NCBI GenBank assembly: GCA_040954595.2
Contig: CM082587.2
Coordinates: 10,607,403 to 10,671,402 of the forward strand
Length of the DNA: 64,000 bases
From: Balanoglossus misakiensis
Lineage: Eukaryota > Animalia > Hemichordata
Reading direction: 5' to 3'
Shown piece after piece: positions 1 through 13,400 of the stretch. Numbering within the stretch: the first letter of the stretch is position 1; every line of letters starts with the position of its first letter. A model generated the notes under the pieces. That model worked only from the letters and a program-made list of their open reading frames with translations. It was not told where the DNA came from and did not search any database. The translations under genes and the position numbers were made by a program.

Positions 1-19
1 TTGCATCTCTTGTTTGAGC

Positions 20-125
20 ATCAGTGTGTACTCTTGCCGTCGTGGTTACCAAATCATCTGTGTGTACTTTTGTCGCCGTGGTTGCCACATCATCTGTGTG
101 TACTTTTGCCGTTGTGGTTACCATG
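20..125 (-). repeat. 33-bp coding tandem repeat (~3 copies, VTTTAKVHTDD-like) in the Thr-rich exon
   Basis: catctgtgtgtacttttg(t/c)cg..gtggtt recurs at 33-bp spacing; the minus-strand frame is open through it. Confidence 0.75.
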
Positions 126-1498
126 CCATCTGTCTGTGCTCTCTTGGTGGTTCTCATAACATCTGTGTCTGCAGCTGCTGTGGAGATTTTCATCCGCAAT
201 GTGGTCACTTCTTCCTCTTCTGTTGCCGCTCTATCAGTTCCATCCATTTCTGTCGTCCCAAGCTCTGCAGTTGACATGTCTGTGACCGTTTCCGTTTCTA
301 TGACAATGGAGGCAATAGAGGTTATGCTGATTGAATTCTGTTTGTCAAGTTTCACTTCAACATTCAAATAGCTTTTAAAGCCTCTCTGTTGTTTTGGAAG
401 CGGGCATTCTGAACCATTTCTCCATATATCACACTACATGAACATAGAAGTTATCACGGTACTGTTTCAGCACACCACGATGTTTATAACAACAGTATAT
501 ACACACCAGTAGTTGTAGTAGAAGGTGTTGTTGGCAACACAGTCACAACATCTCCTTCACACATCAAAGGGTTTGGATGGCTTGGTGTGAATCCATAGTC
601 ACAACTGAATGACACTATAGAACCAATGTCGAAATCATTGCCATGTCTCTGACCGTTGACTGGTGTACCAGGATCTTGACATTCTCCTGAGGTCAAGAAG
701 CAAAGTATCTTATCAATATTAAATCATCAACTCAGACAGAAGTCATTCCTTACAAAAACATTCTATATACATCATTCTACAGAATTCATTAGCCTTTTGA
801 ATTTCTATATAAGTTTAAATAATTTCTATGGACATCTATATATTTGTATGTAGTTTTCGAAGTTGCTTAAAATGTTTTTCGGAAATAACGATGCAGTGAA
901 ATACAAGAAAGTGAAAAAGTAGTAGTCGCAGTGTAACAGTCGCCTTTTTTGATATTGCGAAAATGTCTGGCCCAAAAATTCCCCATTTTACACTGTATTC
1001 AAACAACACATTGTGTGTGAATGTCATGAATTTCATCAGAGTATAACTATTATCAAACAGAAGTGATTGCTTCTCTGAAAGAAATATTCTTTTCTACGTT
1101 ACCCTGAGCAACACATCTTGGTCTGGTGCCATTCCATGTTCCATCTTCAGTGCAATATCTCCTGGTGTTACCAAGTGCTTCATATGCCATGTTACACTGG
1201 AGTGTAGCAACACTATCATACCAAGTGCCATCACTATTCCCATGAGCCATCTTCAATCGCAGTCAACAAACCACAGTCAACACCTAGAAATAATAATAGT
1301 GAGTTCTTATATAGCGCACATATTTTCTTTGAAGTATTGAAGCCTGTTTCTATTGAATTCTATAGAAATGATAGAATCTATAGAATGACAATTCAGAGTT
1401 TTGCCGTGGTGATCTTCGGTACAATATGCATTAAAGTTATGTAGCACTCTTTGATCAACAGTTGAAATTACAGCATGAGCTTGGAATCTTCCACGAGT

Positions 1499-1539
1499 GC
1501 ATCTGAAGAAGGGGACTACATGTTCCCGAAAGCTCATGC
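1499..1539 (+). ncRNA. Minimal type I hammerhead ribozyme motif (Penelope-type)
   Basis: GCAT-CTGAAGA-aGGGGActacatgtTCCC-GAAA-gcTC-ATGC gives the conserved CUGANGA/GAAA/UH core with stem I (gcat/atgc), stem II (ggga/tccc) and a palindromic agct in place of stem III. It sits inside a ~60-bp inverted repeat (1423-1482 / 1530-1590). Confidence 0.7.
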
Positions 1540-3202
1540 TGTAGTTTCAACTGTTGATCAAAGAGTGTTACATAACTTTAATGCGTATTGCAATCTATAG
1601 AATGCAAAAGAATTCTAAGGAATATAAGGTACAGCATTATTCATTCCTGTTACTTACGTTGACAGACAGGAGGAGAGGAATTCCATCGGTAATCACCATC
1701 TTGATTGCTGTAGGTACACACTCTGACATGGCTACCATATAAGTTGTATCCAATGTCACAACTATAGGTCACTTCACTCTGATAGTTGTAGTTGGGATCA
1801 TTGACCTCGTAGCTGCCATGATCAATACTCTCTGGTTCACTGCAGACAGCAGCTGTAGAAAATACACGTAGAGTTGAGTTGAAGGAAGAGCCTGGGATAA
1901 ATCTGTAATCACTTTTTAAGGGACAAAGTCTCTCTCTCGCTGCCCTTTTTCCATTAATTATATTTAATACAAGACACCGTTTGTGTTATTCTACATGTGG
2001 ATATGTAGTGAATCAACGTTCAACCACACACAACTTCCATACGCCAAATTCTATTGTTCTCGATGTCAGATGTATAATAATATCAAGGTTTTCTGATTAA
2101 AAAAAAAAATATTGACTTACGTGTGCAAGTTGGAAAGTCCGCATCATACTGGCCTTCCACTGTACACAACAGAGTGGACTGTCCATTCAGTTGAAAACCC
2201 TCCAAACAATAGAATGTAATGGTGCTATTGAACTCCACCAGAATATCACCAGTTTCCTCTATGTTCCAGACTAGGGATCCTTCACGTGGATTTGGAAGTG
2301 AAAAATTCAGCAATTTTTGGGAGAAAAAAAATCTGTGAAATAATTAGTTGAACATTTCCTTCTACAAAACAGTTCAGCTGATATTTTAGAGAAAACAGAT
2401 GAACATTTCCAGGAAATGACTGTTTTTAGGTTGTGAATGAACTTAAAAGATAAATTATGATAAAGTTGTGTCAAGGTGATGGCAACACTTATGTCTGTTG
2501 AAGAAAATTTAAAATTACAAGGAAATTCTGAAAATTTATCCAGATAGTTTGGAATGTGTTAAATGTGAATAGTGACTTGAAGTTACGTTGTATGTGACTG
2601 GTTATGTCTCACCTTTGCATGCTGTTCCATTCACATCCGGTTCAAATCCCACCAGACATGCACACTGATAGTCACCATCTCTATTTTCACAGACTTGATT
2701 GATTCCACATGGTGCCACCAATGTACTACATTCATTGATATCTGAAATGCTATTCATCAAGATATGATCAAAATCCCACAGGTCCAAGGGGAAAATTCGG
2801 ACCAACAAGTTTAGCTGGGTATTAGACCAACGGGAAATTTTCGCAAACAGTAAATTTTTACGCTAGAGAGCCAAAAAAGACGTAGTGAAAATAAAAATTC
2901 GCTTAAAAATGTTTTTCAGTGATGACAATGCAGTGAAATACGAGAACATGAAACTTAATTGTCTCGTAACAGTTTCTGCTTTTTATATCGCGAAAATTTC
3001 CGGTCGCAAAAATTTCCTGTAGCGATAAAGGGCACTTATATGAGGATATTAAAACTCAGGGGGTGGGGGTGAGGGGTGGGGGAATTGTGCAGTCACGCAC
3101 TGGTCGAACAATTGGAGGTTTTAGAATAATTAATTATCCAAAGATTAGTGGGTGGTCAAACTAATGGAGCAGTCGAATTACTGGAGTGATTACAATAACT
3201 CA

Positions 3203-3508
3203 GGCCAAAAAATGAAATGTTTCTGGTCAGCGCGCGGGTCACTTGAATAACAGCGCGTCACCCCCATTTTTTTCCTGGTTTGTGGTGGCGGCCACGGCAA
3301 ACTCAAACTGCTTCAACTAGATATAAATCACAGGACACTTTGGGGCGTGTAATCAATGACTGCATGAACAGTGTACATGTGACTATATTGATAAAAACTA
3401 TAAAACTGACGGCCTTCCTCCCTTGAGGGAAATTTTTATTTTTAAATTTGCGTCCCCCCACCAGTTTTTAAAGAAGGGTCTGACCAGAAACATTTCCTTT
3501 TTTGGCCT
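3203..3508. mobile_element. Non-autonomous TIR element (Harbinger-like termini)
   Basis: ggccaaaaaatgaaatgtttctggtcag ... ctgaccagaaacatttccttttttggcc(taa). Confidence 0.6.
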
Positions 3509-5586
3509 AATAAGCAGACAACCACATGAAGACCAATCATGATGTGAACTTACCAATGCATGATGGTATTGCATCATTCCACTGTAAATCTGATTGACAA
3601 GTCAGGTAATCAGCACCATTTAATTCATAGCCAGCATCGCAATAGAATGTGATGTTGCTGCCCATATAATATGGTCCACTATCTGGGACAGCTTGTAAAT
3701 GTTGGTCTGTTATGAGTATGTCACTGCAGTTTCATCCTGCAAGGAAAAAAAAATAAAACATCTTTATGGATTATGTGGATTCAGACTTGGTTGTGGTATA
3801 CCGGTATGTATCAGGTACCTGTATTGTGAAACAACTTTAACCTTTTCACCCCAAGTTCCCACTATAAAAGTCCAGATACCATAGACTCCTATTATCGACT
3901 GAATTCATGGCTCTGTATTTCAAAAACAAGCACGGTGACCCGTATATTTTATTACTGATTTTCATTATACATACAAAGGCGAATCCAAAAATCAACAATT
4001 AAAAGAAATGACCATACTTTCAATTTTAGTGAACGTACATGTCCTTAAATGACTTACGTTGACAGTATCCTGGATCTCCAATCCAAGATCCATCTTCACC
4101 ACATGTAGAGACAGTGTAGCCAGTCAGACTGTAGCCAGATGGACATGAGTAGGCAATGGTTGTTCCAAAAACCAATGAATCACCATTAACAATTTCATAA
4201 GATAAGTAGTTGTCTACATTCGGTGGTGGACACTCACGAGCTGTTTGGGTAAGATGAACAGATAACATCACAAGCGTGTTACTACTAGGAAAAAAGTTTA
4301 AAGGGACATTACATGTAGCTACAGTAACTTGTAATTGGCTTTATTTTAAGTACTGCAAAATGGGCTATTTTTCGCGAGCAAAACATTTCAGCGAAATACG
4401 CGAGAGCCAAAGAACATGAAAATAAAAAGTCGCGTAAAATGTTTTTCAGAGATAACAATGCAGTTAGTGATATATGAAAACGCGAAAATTAATCCTCGCA
4501 TAACAGTTGCCTCTTTCGATATTGCGAAAATTTCCTGTTGCGAAAATAACCTGTTTTAGAGTATTTTTTGTTCTCTGTACCAAATGCAATGTTTTGTTCT
4601 ACTCCAAACAGTAGGCCAATATACCCTGTAAAATCCGTCTCCTACGTGTGCACTACAATGACAGTTTAATTGTTTTCAAAAATATCAACTTACGCTCGCA
4701 TTGGGGCACAAGCGGACCCCAGACACCATCTGCTTGGCATTCCAATGAAGTCACATTATTTATAAACTGATGGCCCTCAATGCATTGATAATAAGCAATT
4801 CCACCATACACTGTACTGGTAACATTGGTAAGAATTCCACTGCTGCACTCAGCGGGTCCACCACATGTTATTCCTAAAAAATAAACAACAAATTAGTGTC
4901 ATTCAAGTTGTTACTAACAATAGATTCAAGGGACAAATTAAGTCTATCTCGCTGCCCCTTTTTCATTAATCATCTTTGATACAAGACACCATGGTATAGT
5001 GAAACAACATTCAACCACACACAAATTCCATCCCATTTATAGACACAAGAGTGAAAAACTCGCCAAAATGAATAATCGGTCTCTACCATTTACTCATTTT
5101 GGCGAGATTTTTACTCTCATTACTCAACAGTATGGAAGTTGTGTGTGGTCGAACGTTGATTCACTATAAATGTATACCCACATGTAGAATAACATAAACG
5201 GTGTCTTGTATCAAACATAATTCATGGAAAAGGGCAGTGAGTGAGACTTTGTCGCTTTAAATGTTCATAAAATATAAGTTAGATTGAATCATATCTTCAC
5301 ATTAATAATTCCCATCACAGAAATTTTATAGCTACACACAACATGACACCTGTACGAGAAGTCATTAATTCCTACATGAGTTACAGTTCACATTGAGACG
5401 ACTTTAGTTTTCTCCTAAACTTGACTGAACTGTGGAACAGGAAATGTAGGCTTGTTTACGCACTGGAAATCAACAGGCAATGGGTTTCTAAAAATGTTTT
5501 TTTTTTCTTCTGAAAGAGTGACCTCAAAGCTACCAAATTATGTAGAAATTAGCTGGACCCCTTCTACTGGATTCGGTCCTACCAAT

Positions 5587-5862
5587 TCTTTACTATCAAT
5601 CACGTGATCTGGCCATGTGACCCACGGTGTTGTCATTTACAGATGACGGGCAAACAATATTTCGGCATCCAGTAAAAGTTTTTCCGAGTATGTTTTTACT
5701 TTAGAACTACCAGACACGTAACATGTATCAGGTATGGTGCCTCATCAGCCTCATGGCGTTTCATCTGCACTGTCTTTGTCTGCACCAAGTTGTTGATGTT
5801 GCCCGTCATCTGGAAATTTGAATGCCAACGGAACTGCGTCAGACGTTATTTGATATCGAAGA
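5587..5862. mobile_element. ~280-bp MITE with AT TSD (probably ISL2EU-type), copy 1
   Basis: AT|tctttactatcaa ... ttgatatcgaaga|AT; near-identical copy at 19438-19734. Confidence 0.7.
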
Positions 5863-7849
5863 ATAGTGCACTATTGCCTTACTTTGACATGCTGGTAACT
5901 TGAGAGGATCCTCTTCATTCCAGTTTCCACCAAAGAGACAAGTGAGAGAAGAGACAGTACCAGACACTTTCTGATAACCATCCAAGCATTGGAATGAGAC
6001 AGTGACATCATAGCTTCTATCATCTTTACTGGTCACCACGCCCTCACCAATCACAATTTCGGGACAGTCTGTCAGAACAAGGATCACAATGATAAGAATG
6101 CATGCAGACAAATACTTTGACTCATAAATGTGAGGGGTCGTCGTGCCGCATTTGTATGTTTATTATCCAGTGTTTCCTCTGGGTTTCAAAATCTTCTAGC
6201 AATTTGGCTAAAAGACATGAAAATTTACTAGCCAAACTTGACTTTGCATTAGCCAAACCAATGCTGCCGCAACAGCTGATTCGGAGGGGGGGGGGTGTCA
6301 CAAAATTAACAGAATCAGGGCTTCAAATTAAGCTTTGACTGATTGCCTTGGGCAACTAAATATTGATGCACTGTATGTTTAACTTATGTTGGTGGTTCTT
6401 GATGACAAGTTCACAAGTATTTTGTAAGGAGACTTAGGGTGTTTGCCTGCTGTTGGTCCTTGTTCGTCTTCATGTTTTTGTTTGTTTTGTTTTTTTGAAA
6501 ATTGACCCAACAGGCAAATAGAGAATGTCTGAGTTTGATAGTGAATATTGAAGTGTATTTATTTTTTTCCTTCTCTTTATATTGAGAGATGAACTTGATA
6601 TATACGCTCATAATTGAGACAAGAGATATTGTGGATACTGTTGCTGGTTGATTTTCAATAAAACAATATAAAAAAAAAAACTTTAAAAAAAATATTGATG
6701 CAGGGCATGTAAATTGTCAACCTAACTTGCACGTTTGGGCAGCCAAAAAATTACGTACTCCACTATGCACGGCCAGCTTTTGACGGGCAAGCCACTACAC
6801 TAGCGTTTCTAAACAGAGAAACTTCCATAACAACCTGTACACTTGACGCGTTCCAGTCAAGGCAGACCTAAAATGTATCAATTTGTAAGCATAACCCATT
6901 CAAAATATGCAAATTAGGAAAAGACACACATGCATTCTTTGCGTCCCCAGAGACACACACAGGAAATCAAGCGAGTGCGACCACTAGCTGGAAGAGCTGA
7001 ATTCAATGCATTGCCTTACGATGTTCATGATATACAGGGGGTGATGATCAATGAACAGAACAACGGTCCACTTTCACGCGTTGTAGTGCAGTGAACTCGC
7101 GCTGATCATGGCACAAGAAACGACGATGTTAGATAGCAGTGCTTCGCAAGTTTGGCTAATTTGTATGAAAATCGTCTTGCCAAACACAATTTTTTACTCG
7201 CATTTGCGATTTGGCGAGCGGGTAGCGGAAACACTGATTATCATATGCCTATATTCACGTGCCCACGTAAAGTCTATGGGGAAAAGCGCCCTCACATCCG
7301 TGCAGTTTTTTTGCTTATCACGCCCCGGCCCGGTGACCATATTTGGAAGACGCGTTCAATATCCGGATCTAGTTTTGTGTTTATTGCGCGAGATTCGAAA
7401 GTTGTCATTGCTACGTTCGGAATTAAATTTTTCTGGTGCGGTGTCAGTGACTAGTGCACTTGCAGTGTGTGTATGTCCTATGCCGCTACCGAATCCCATC
7501 ATCTTCCGTAATCGCTGCATGTTGTAGAGCTTTATTTGGAAATATGAATAGTAAAATTGATGATTTGATTTGATTAATGTGTGACTGTCGGCGTCGATCG
7601 TCGCGAAGAAAAAATGTTTTGCTCGCGCTCGGCTCTGTGAGTTCGAGCGCGTCTATATCTCACGTGCAATAGAATATAAACAAATGACATCGTGCATATC
7701 AATCCGCAAGAACTGGAGGAATGCGCCTCTATGCTACGGGATAGATCATTCCAAAACGATAGATAAACACATAATATTTACATTCCAAAATATTACAGAA
7801 TGTGTATTTTATTAGTTTCTTGTAGATTATCGTTCAATAAGGCATATGA

Positions 7850-7982
7850 TAAAACCTTTACGGCCCTGATACGGGTTTTGCGGCCATCGGTCGTACGACG
7901 ATTCCCGCCCTCCCTGCGGTCAGGCGCTTCCGCCGTACGACCTCGGGCCACAAAACCCGTATCAGGGCCGTAAAGATTATAA
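7850..7982. repeat. Long hairpin resembling a Crypton-type non-autonomous element end
   Basis: ctttacggccctgatacgggttttgcggcc ... ggccacaaaacccgtatcagggccgtaaag inverted arms with an inner ggtcgtacg/cgtacgacc pair. Confidence 0.45.
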
Positions 7983-8378
7983 ACATTACAATTCATCCAC
8001 AAGTCCCTGAAATTAGATCATTCTTAGAATGAACGAAGCATATTCAAAAATCTTTCCACCTTTCACTTAATGACTCTAAATCATAAGGAATAAAGGGAGT
8101 GCGTGTTTCTAAGAATTCTGTAACATCCTTTTCTGAAATGTTAGTAAGTTATGTATACCTGGTGAAAATGACGCCCTGAATCCTTCAGCTGGTCGTGTTC
8201 TACTACTCCTGAACACAACCGAAAAGTGTCCAATGTCTGTACGGCAATCGGGTGGTGGTAATGTGCCATCAATGACTTCATCAGAATTGCCACTCCATGG
8301 ACCAATAATGACATCATCATCACTCTCAGTACCATTGTATACCTTCAGAAACAAAGACAAATTAAGCATGCATTGTAA

Positions 8379-8590
8379 ATACCGTAAAACGGGAAATCTT
8401 CACAACAGGAAATTTTCGCGATATCAAAGGTGGCTACTGTTACACAACAATTAATTTTCACATTGTCATATTCTACTGCATAGTTATCTCCGAAAAAAAC
8501 ATTTTATACGACTCTTTATTTTCATGTTTTTTGGCTCTCATGTAGTTTGCGAAAAATTATCATTCACGAAAATGTCCCGTTTTACAGTAT
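8379..8590. mobile_element. ~210-bp TA-flanked MITE (Tc1/mariner-pogo type); related copies at ~840-995, ~2830-3020, 4351-4563, 8631-8800, 13834-14029
   Basis: tac(c/t)gtaaaacgggaaa ... cccgttttacagta termini and shared internal motif aatgcagtgaaatac. Confidence 0.7.
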
Positions 8591-8921
8591 TCAATCCTTG
8601 TTGCATTTCCTGCTGTAACAGCTACTCAAATACTGTAAAACGGGAAATTTTCGCAAATGATAAATTTTCGTGAACTATGCGAGAGCCATCAAAACGTAAA
8701 AAATAAAAAGTAGCATAAAAATGTTTTTCAGGGATAATGATGCAGTGAAATACAAGAACGCGAAAATTTCATGTTGCAAAAGTTTACCGTTTTACAGTAT
8801 ATATGTGTTTAATTGAATTTCAAAATTGTGTTCCAAAGTTGTATAGTTTGAAGTAATGTCTGCCAAAATTGTCAAACTAAAATCACTGCAAAATAATATG
8901 ACAAAATTTTGTCAGCATTAA

Positions 8922-9275
8922 AGGGACAAAGTCTCTCTCTTTCTGCCCTTTTTCCATTAATTATGTTTGATACAAGACACTGTTTATGTTATTCTACCTG
9001 TGGATATATAGATACATTTGTAATCAACCTTCGACCACAAACAACTTCCATCCCATTTGTAGGGTATGAGAGTAAAAACTCGCCCAAAATGAATAAACAG
9101 TAATAACCGATTATTCATTTTGGCGAGTTTTTCACTCTTGTGTCTACAAGTGGGATGGAAGTTGTATGTGGTTGAACGTTCATTCACCACATATCCACAT
9201 GTAGAATAACACAAACGGTGTCTTGTATCAAAATAATTAATGGAAAAAGGGCAGCGGGAGAGAGACTTTGTCCCT
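8922..9275. mobile_element. Palindromic ~350-bp MITE with TTAA TSD (Kolobok-like); further copies at ~1919-2040 (half), ~4929-5257, ~9757-10689, ~10825-11174, ~11576-11829, ~40221-40517, ~41349-41669
   Basis: TTAA|agggacaaagtctctct ... agagactttgtccct|TTAA with ~170-bp inverted arms; eight copies recognised in the window. Confidence 0.85.
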
Positions 9276-9826
9276 TTAACATGGCTGACTCCTGATCATA
9301 TCTGATACTTACAATGATGTAATCAACATCTGTGTTCCTCTCTAATCCAAAGTTGTCATCAAAGATAAGAGTTAATGGTCTTCCAGTTGGTTCCTTGATT
9401 ACCCAGCTACACATAACATCATCAGGGTAAGTGCTAACATCATAGCCTGGTGACTGAATCGTACCAAAACTACGCAGAATTTCAATTCCCTGGCAACCTT
9501 TGAAGAAAAAATACCAAACAAGAAATAATTAATTCAATCCACAGGTTTGGTGTAATCCTGGCTGCCTTTTATTTCGTGCTAGGGGATCAAATCACATAAT
9601 AATTGCCTTCTGGATAAAAAGTCGTAAGCGATAGAAGAAATGACTGTTAACTGTATTTTATGACTTCCTTAGGTCAAACATTTCTGTCGTTATACATGTA
9701 GTTAGCAAATTAAACTCATTTAACTTTTTTCACATTTTGTTATTTTTTCTGTTGAAGGGACAAAGTCTCTCTCCAGCTGCCCCTTTTCCATTAATTATGT
9801 TTGATACAAGACACTGGTTATGTTAA

Positions 9827-10409
9827 AGCCCCAGTATTTCTCGTGTGTATCCATTTTTCATCATCGAAAAATGCCCGTTTTTCCCGTACATTCATCATGG
9901 AATACTACATAATGAAGATAGAAGAAAGGTTTGGGCTACGTGCAAGCTGTAAATATTGCCCGTAACACTTGAAATGATGCGCGGGTTTGTTTACAACGGA
10001 AATGTTGTACATGTCGATCAGCAAACGTGCCACTTTGACATTTGATGGTCAGACCATTTTCGGATTTGATCTGGTTCCATCGACTGATTTCTCCCATAAA
10101 GTTATCTTCCCAAAATTTCGCCGAATTAGTGCGCATTTCTTCGCTGAGTCGCTTGATTTGGGGCGACCAAACCTCTTCCGCATAGATTCACATTTGAGTG
10201 CGCATGCGCAGTAGTCACGTGTGTCAACAGAGCCTGACTTTCTGTCCGGACAGAAAGTCATTCTTCACTCGTTATATTGTAAATTGTATGAGTTTATTAG
10301 CAGAGCTGGGGATGATGACTGTTCGATTCAGTATCAATTATCATCTACTTTTAGAAATTATAGATGCCGTTTCAAACAAAATTTTGCCCCTACGAGAAAT
10401 ACTGAGGCT
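9827..10409. mobile_element. 583-bp TTAA-TSD MITE (Kolobok-like) nested in the palindromic MITE
   Basis: TTAA|agccccagtatttctcgt ... acgagaaatactgaggct|TTAA; the host MITE resumes on both sides. Confidence 0.8.
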
Positions 10410-13400
10410 TTAATGTAAATGTGGATATATAGTTAATCAATGATCAACCACACAAAACTTCCATCCCACTTGTATGATATGAGAGTAAAAACTCGCCCAA
10501 AATGAATAAATGGTAAAGAACGATTATTCATTTTGGCGAGTTTTTTCACTCTCCTGTCTATAAGAGGGATGGAAGTTGTGTGTGGTTGAACGTTCATTCA
10601 CTATATATCCACATGTAGAATAACAAACAGTGTCTTGTATCAAATATAATTAATGGAAAAAAATGCAGCGAGAGAGAGACTTTGTCCCTTTAAAAAGTTC
10701 CATAATGACCCAGTATCAGATTAGCTTATAAACCTTCAGAAAGAATGGCAAAGGAAGATATATTTGTGATCCTTACAATTCCCACTGGGTTGAAATTCTT
10801 TGGGAAGGATTTTAAGTGATTTAAAGGGACAAAGTTTCTCTCTCTCGCTGCCCTTTTTCCATTAACTATGTTTGATACAAGACACTGTTTATGTTATTCT
10901 ACATGTGGATATATAGTGAATGAACATTCAACCACGCACAACTTCCATCCCGTTTGTAGGATATGAGAGTAAAAATCTTGCCAAAATGAATAAACGGTAG
11001 AGACCGATTTTTCATTTTGGCGAGTTTTTTCACTCTTATGTCTACAAGTGGGATGGAAGTTGTGTGTGGTTGAATGTTCATTCACTATATATCCACATGT
11101 AGAATAACATAAATGCTGTATTGTATCATCATAATTCCTGGAAAAAGGGTAGAGAGAGAGAGACTTTGTCCCTATAAAACATTGTTCTCTTGTATCATGA
11201 ATCCTTGATTGCCTCTTCATTCAAACAACATCTTGATCAATTTGAATGCGTTACCTACCTGCCCAGTAATGTGCATGAAAACCTCTCATTGTAACTGCAT
11301 CATCACTCTTAAAGTCAACTCTCATCACACTTTTGGAAGATATGATGACATTGGGTAACTCCATCCCAGAAAATAAAGCAAGTCGGAGGACGGGATTCAG
11401 TTCAGCGCCATCGTATACAGACACTTGATCAGCCCCATCTTCTGTTGCAAAGGAGATAAACTGAAAAGATATAAAAAATAGCATCAAAGACACTGTGCTC
11501 CCATTTGATATGTACATTTAAATGTGACATACCGTACAATCATAGTGATCACAATTTCCTACGCAAAACCATTAAGGGGCAAAGTCTCTCTCTCGCTGCC
11601 CCTTTTCCATTAATTATCGTTTGATTATCGTTTATGTTATTCTACATGTGGATATATAGTGAATCAACATTCCATCCCGCTTCATTTTGGACGAGATTTT
11701 TACTCTCATATCCTAAAAATGGTCGAATGTTGATTCACTATATATCCTCATGTAGAACAACATAAACAGTGTCTTGTATCAATCATAATAAACGGGAAAA
11801 GGGCAGCGAGAGAGAGAGACTTTGTCCCTATAAGGGCACCTTTAGCATTGATGAGGTAATATAAGAATAAATCTGATGAAGAATATTTTCACATCCCAAT
11901 AAACCAAAATCCAAAACAACTGGAAGAGCAGTTTCTGACATAAGTGGACTTTTGGACCAAAAATGTCTAAAACTACCCACCCCCCTCCTCCCCAGTATTG
12001 ATATTTGACACATGTTTATGTACACCATAATAAAAATACTTGTAGGTCCTTGTAAACCAAATTTTAAGAAATCAGAAAAGTGGCTACTGAGAATTGACCA
12101 GAAATGACAAAAATAAAATGTATTTTTAAAAATACAATTACTAATTTTTGTCATGCTGTCAAACAACTCACACGATTAATTGCATCTGAATCCACTAATA
12201 ACATGAAATGAATTGTTAAAAAGAGTAAAAAAATGAGTTCATCTACATGTTGTCTCCTATTTACCTGTAAGGTGACAACAAATTATGTTGTGAATGATGC
12301 TAGCTGCCAGTTACAATCTTCATTGTTGAGATAATTCTTGCCTTCAAAATATTCTGTACTGCTGAGATTCTGTTTATATGACTGTGCTATGAAATTCCCA
12401 CCACACAAAGAATATACTGGAAGAAAGAAAAAGTCATCTTAACATACACACCTCACAAACAGAACATCAGCAAGATCACAGTCAAGGTAGGGCCAATATT
12501 GCCTACACGTGCAATCTATAATGTTATACCTGGTTCACACAGGGTAAAATTTGAAACGTTTCAGAGACAGTATTTGCCTAAGGTAAACACAGAGCATTAA
12601 TTTCTCGTTTTAAAGTATGTAGTACATGTACAAAACTTAGTATTACCTGCTTGCCAAGATGCTTCAAAGCCAGTAGCAGTATGATAACTATCTGAGAGAA
12701 ATTTCACCAACATTACCACTGCTAATAACTTCATCAGGCTGGTCCGGTCCACTATATGTTGCAAGAACTTTGGATTGGTCAAACACAGACCCATCGACAA
12801 TGACAACAGTATCATGATAAAGTTCACTGTCAAAATACGGAAACTGAAAAGAATAAAAACAAAATGTTACAACACACATCATACATAGTGAGCTGTCTCA
12901 AGCCAATATACATGAAAATAAACACAGATTCATGACTTAAGCCCCATTAGCTGTAACTTCTTGCATTTTTCAGTATTTCTATTCTGTGTATCAACCATAG
13001 TTTCTTGTTCAGCTCCCCAGGGCAGAGTTAAATCCATAGTCTTAATCTTCTCATTGAAATATATGAGTGCACAATCGGCATTGTTGTTGTTTGAAAACAT
13101 TTGTAAATAATAACAATGGTCAGTACATACACATGACTTGTTGACAAGCAGAGAGCTGCAGGGGTGTGATGGGTTACTCATAAGGACAGGAAATGTGTTT
13201 TATACACAAAACAAAAATACTGATAAACTAGCCTGAAGTTATAGATAGTTTGTTATAAGGAAGAAACTTTTTAATACAGGTGTCCAGTTTATTTCATAGA
13301 GTTCCTTTAAAATTGTGTTTGTACGACGAATGGATGGGAAAAGGTGTTCTGTATAGGCAGGTTTCCAGATTAGACAAGTTTTACTGTACCTCAAAATTTA

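Noticed and set aside
24-371. Plus-strand Val/Ser/Cys-rich ORFs
   Set aside because: Antisense shadows of the minus-strand Thr-rich exon.
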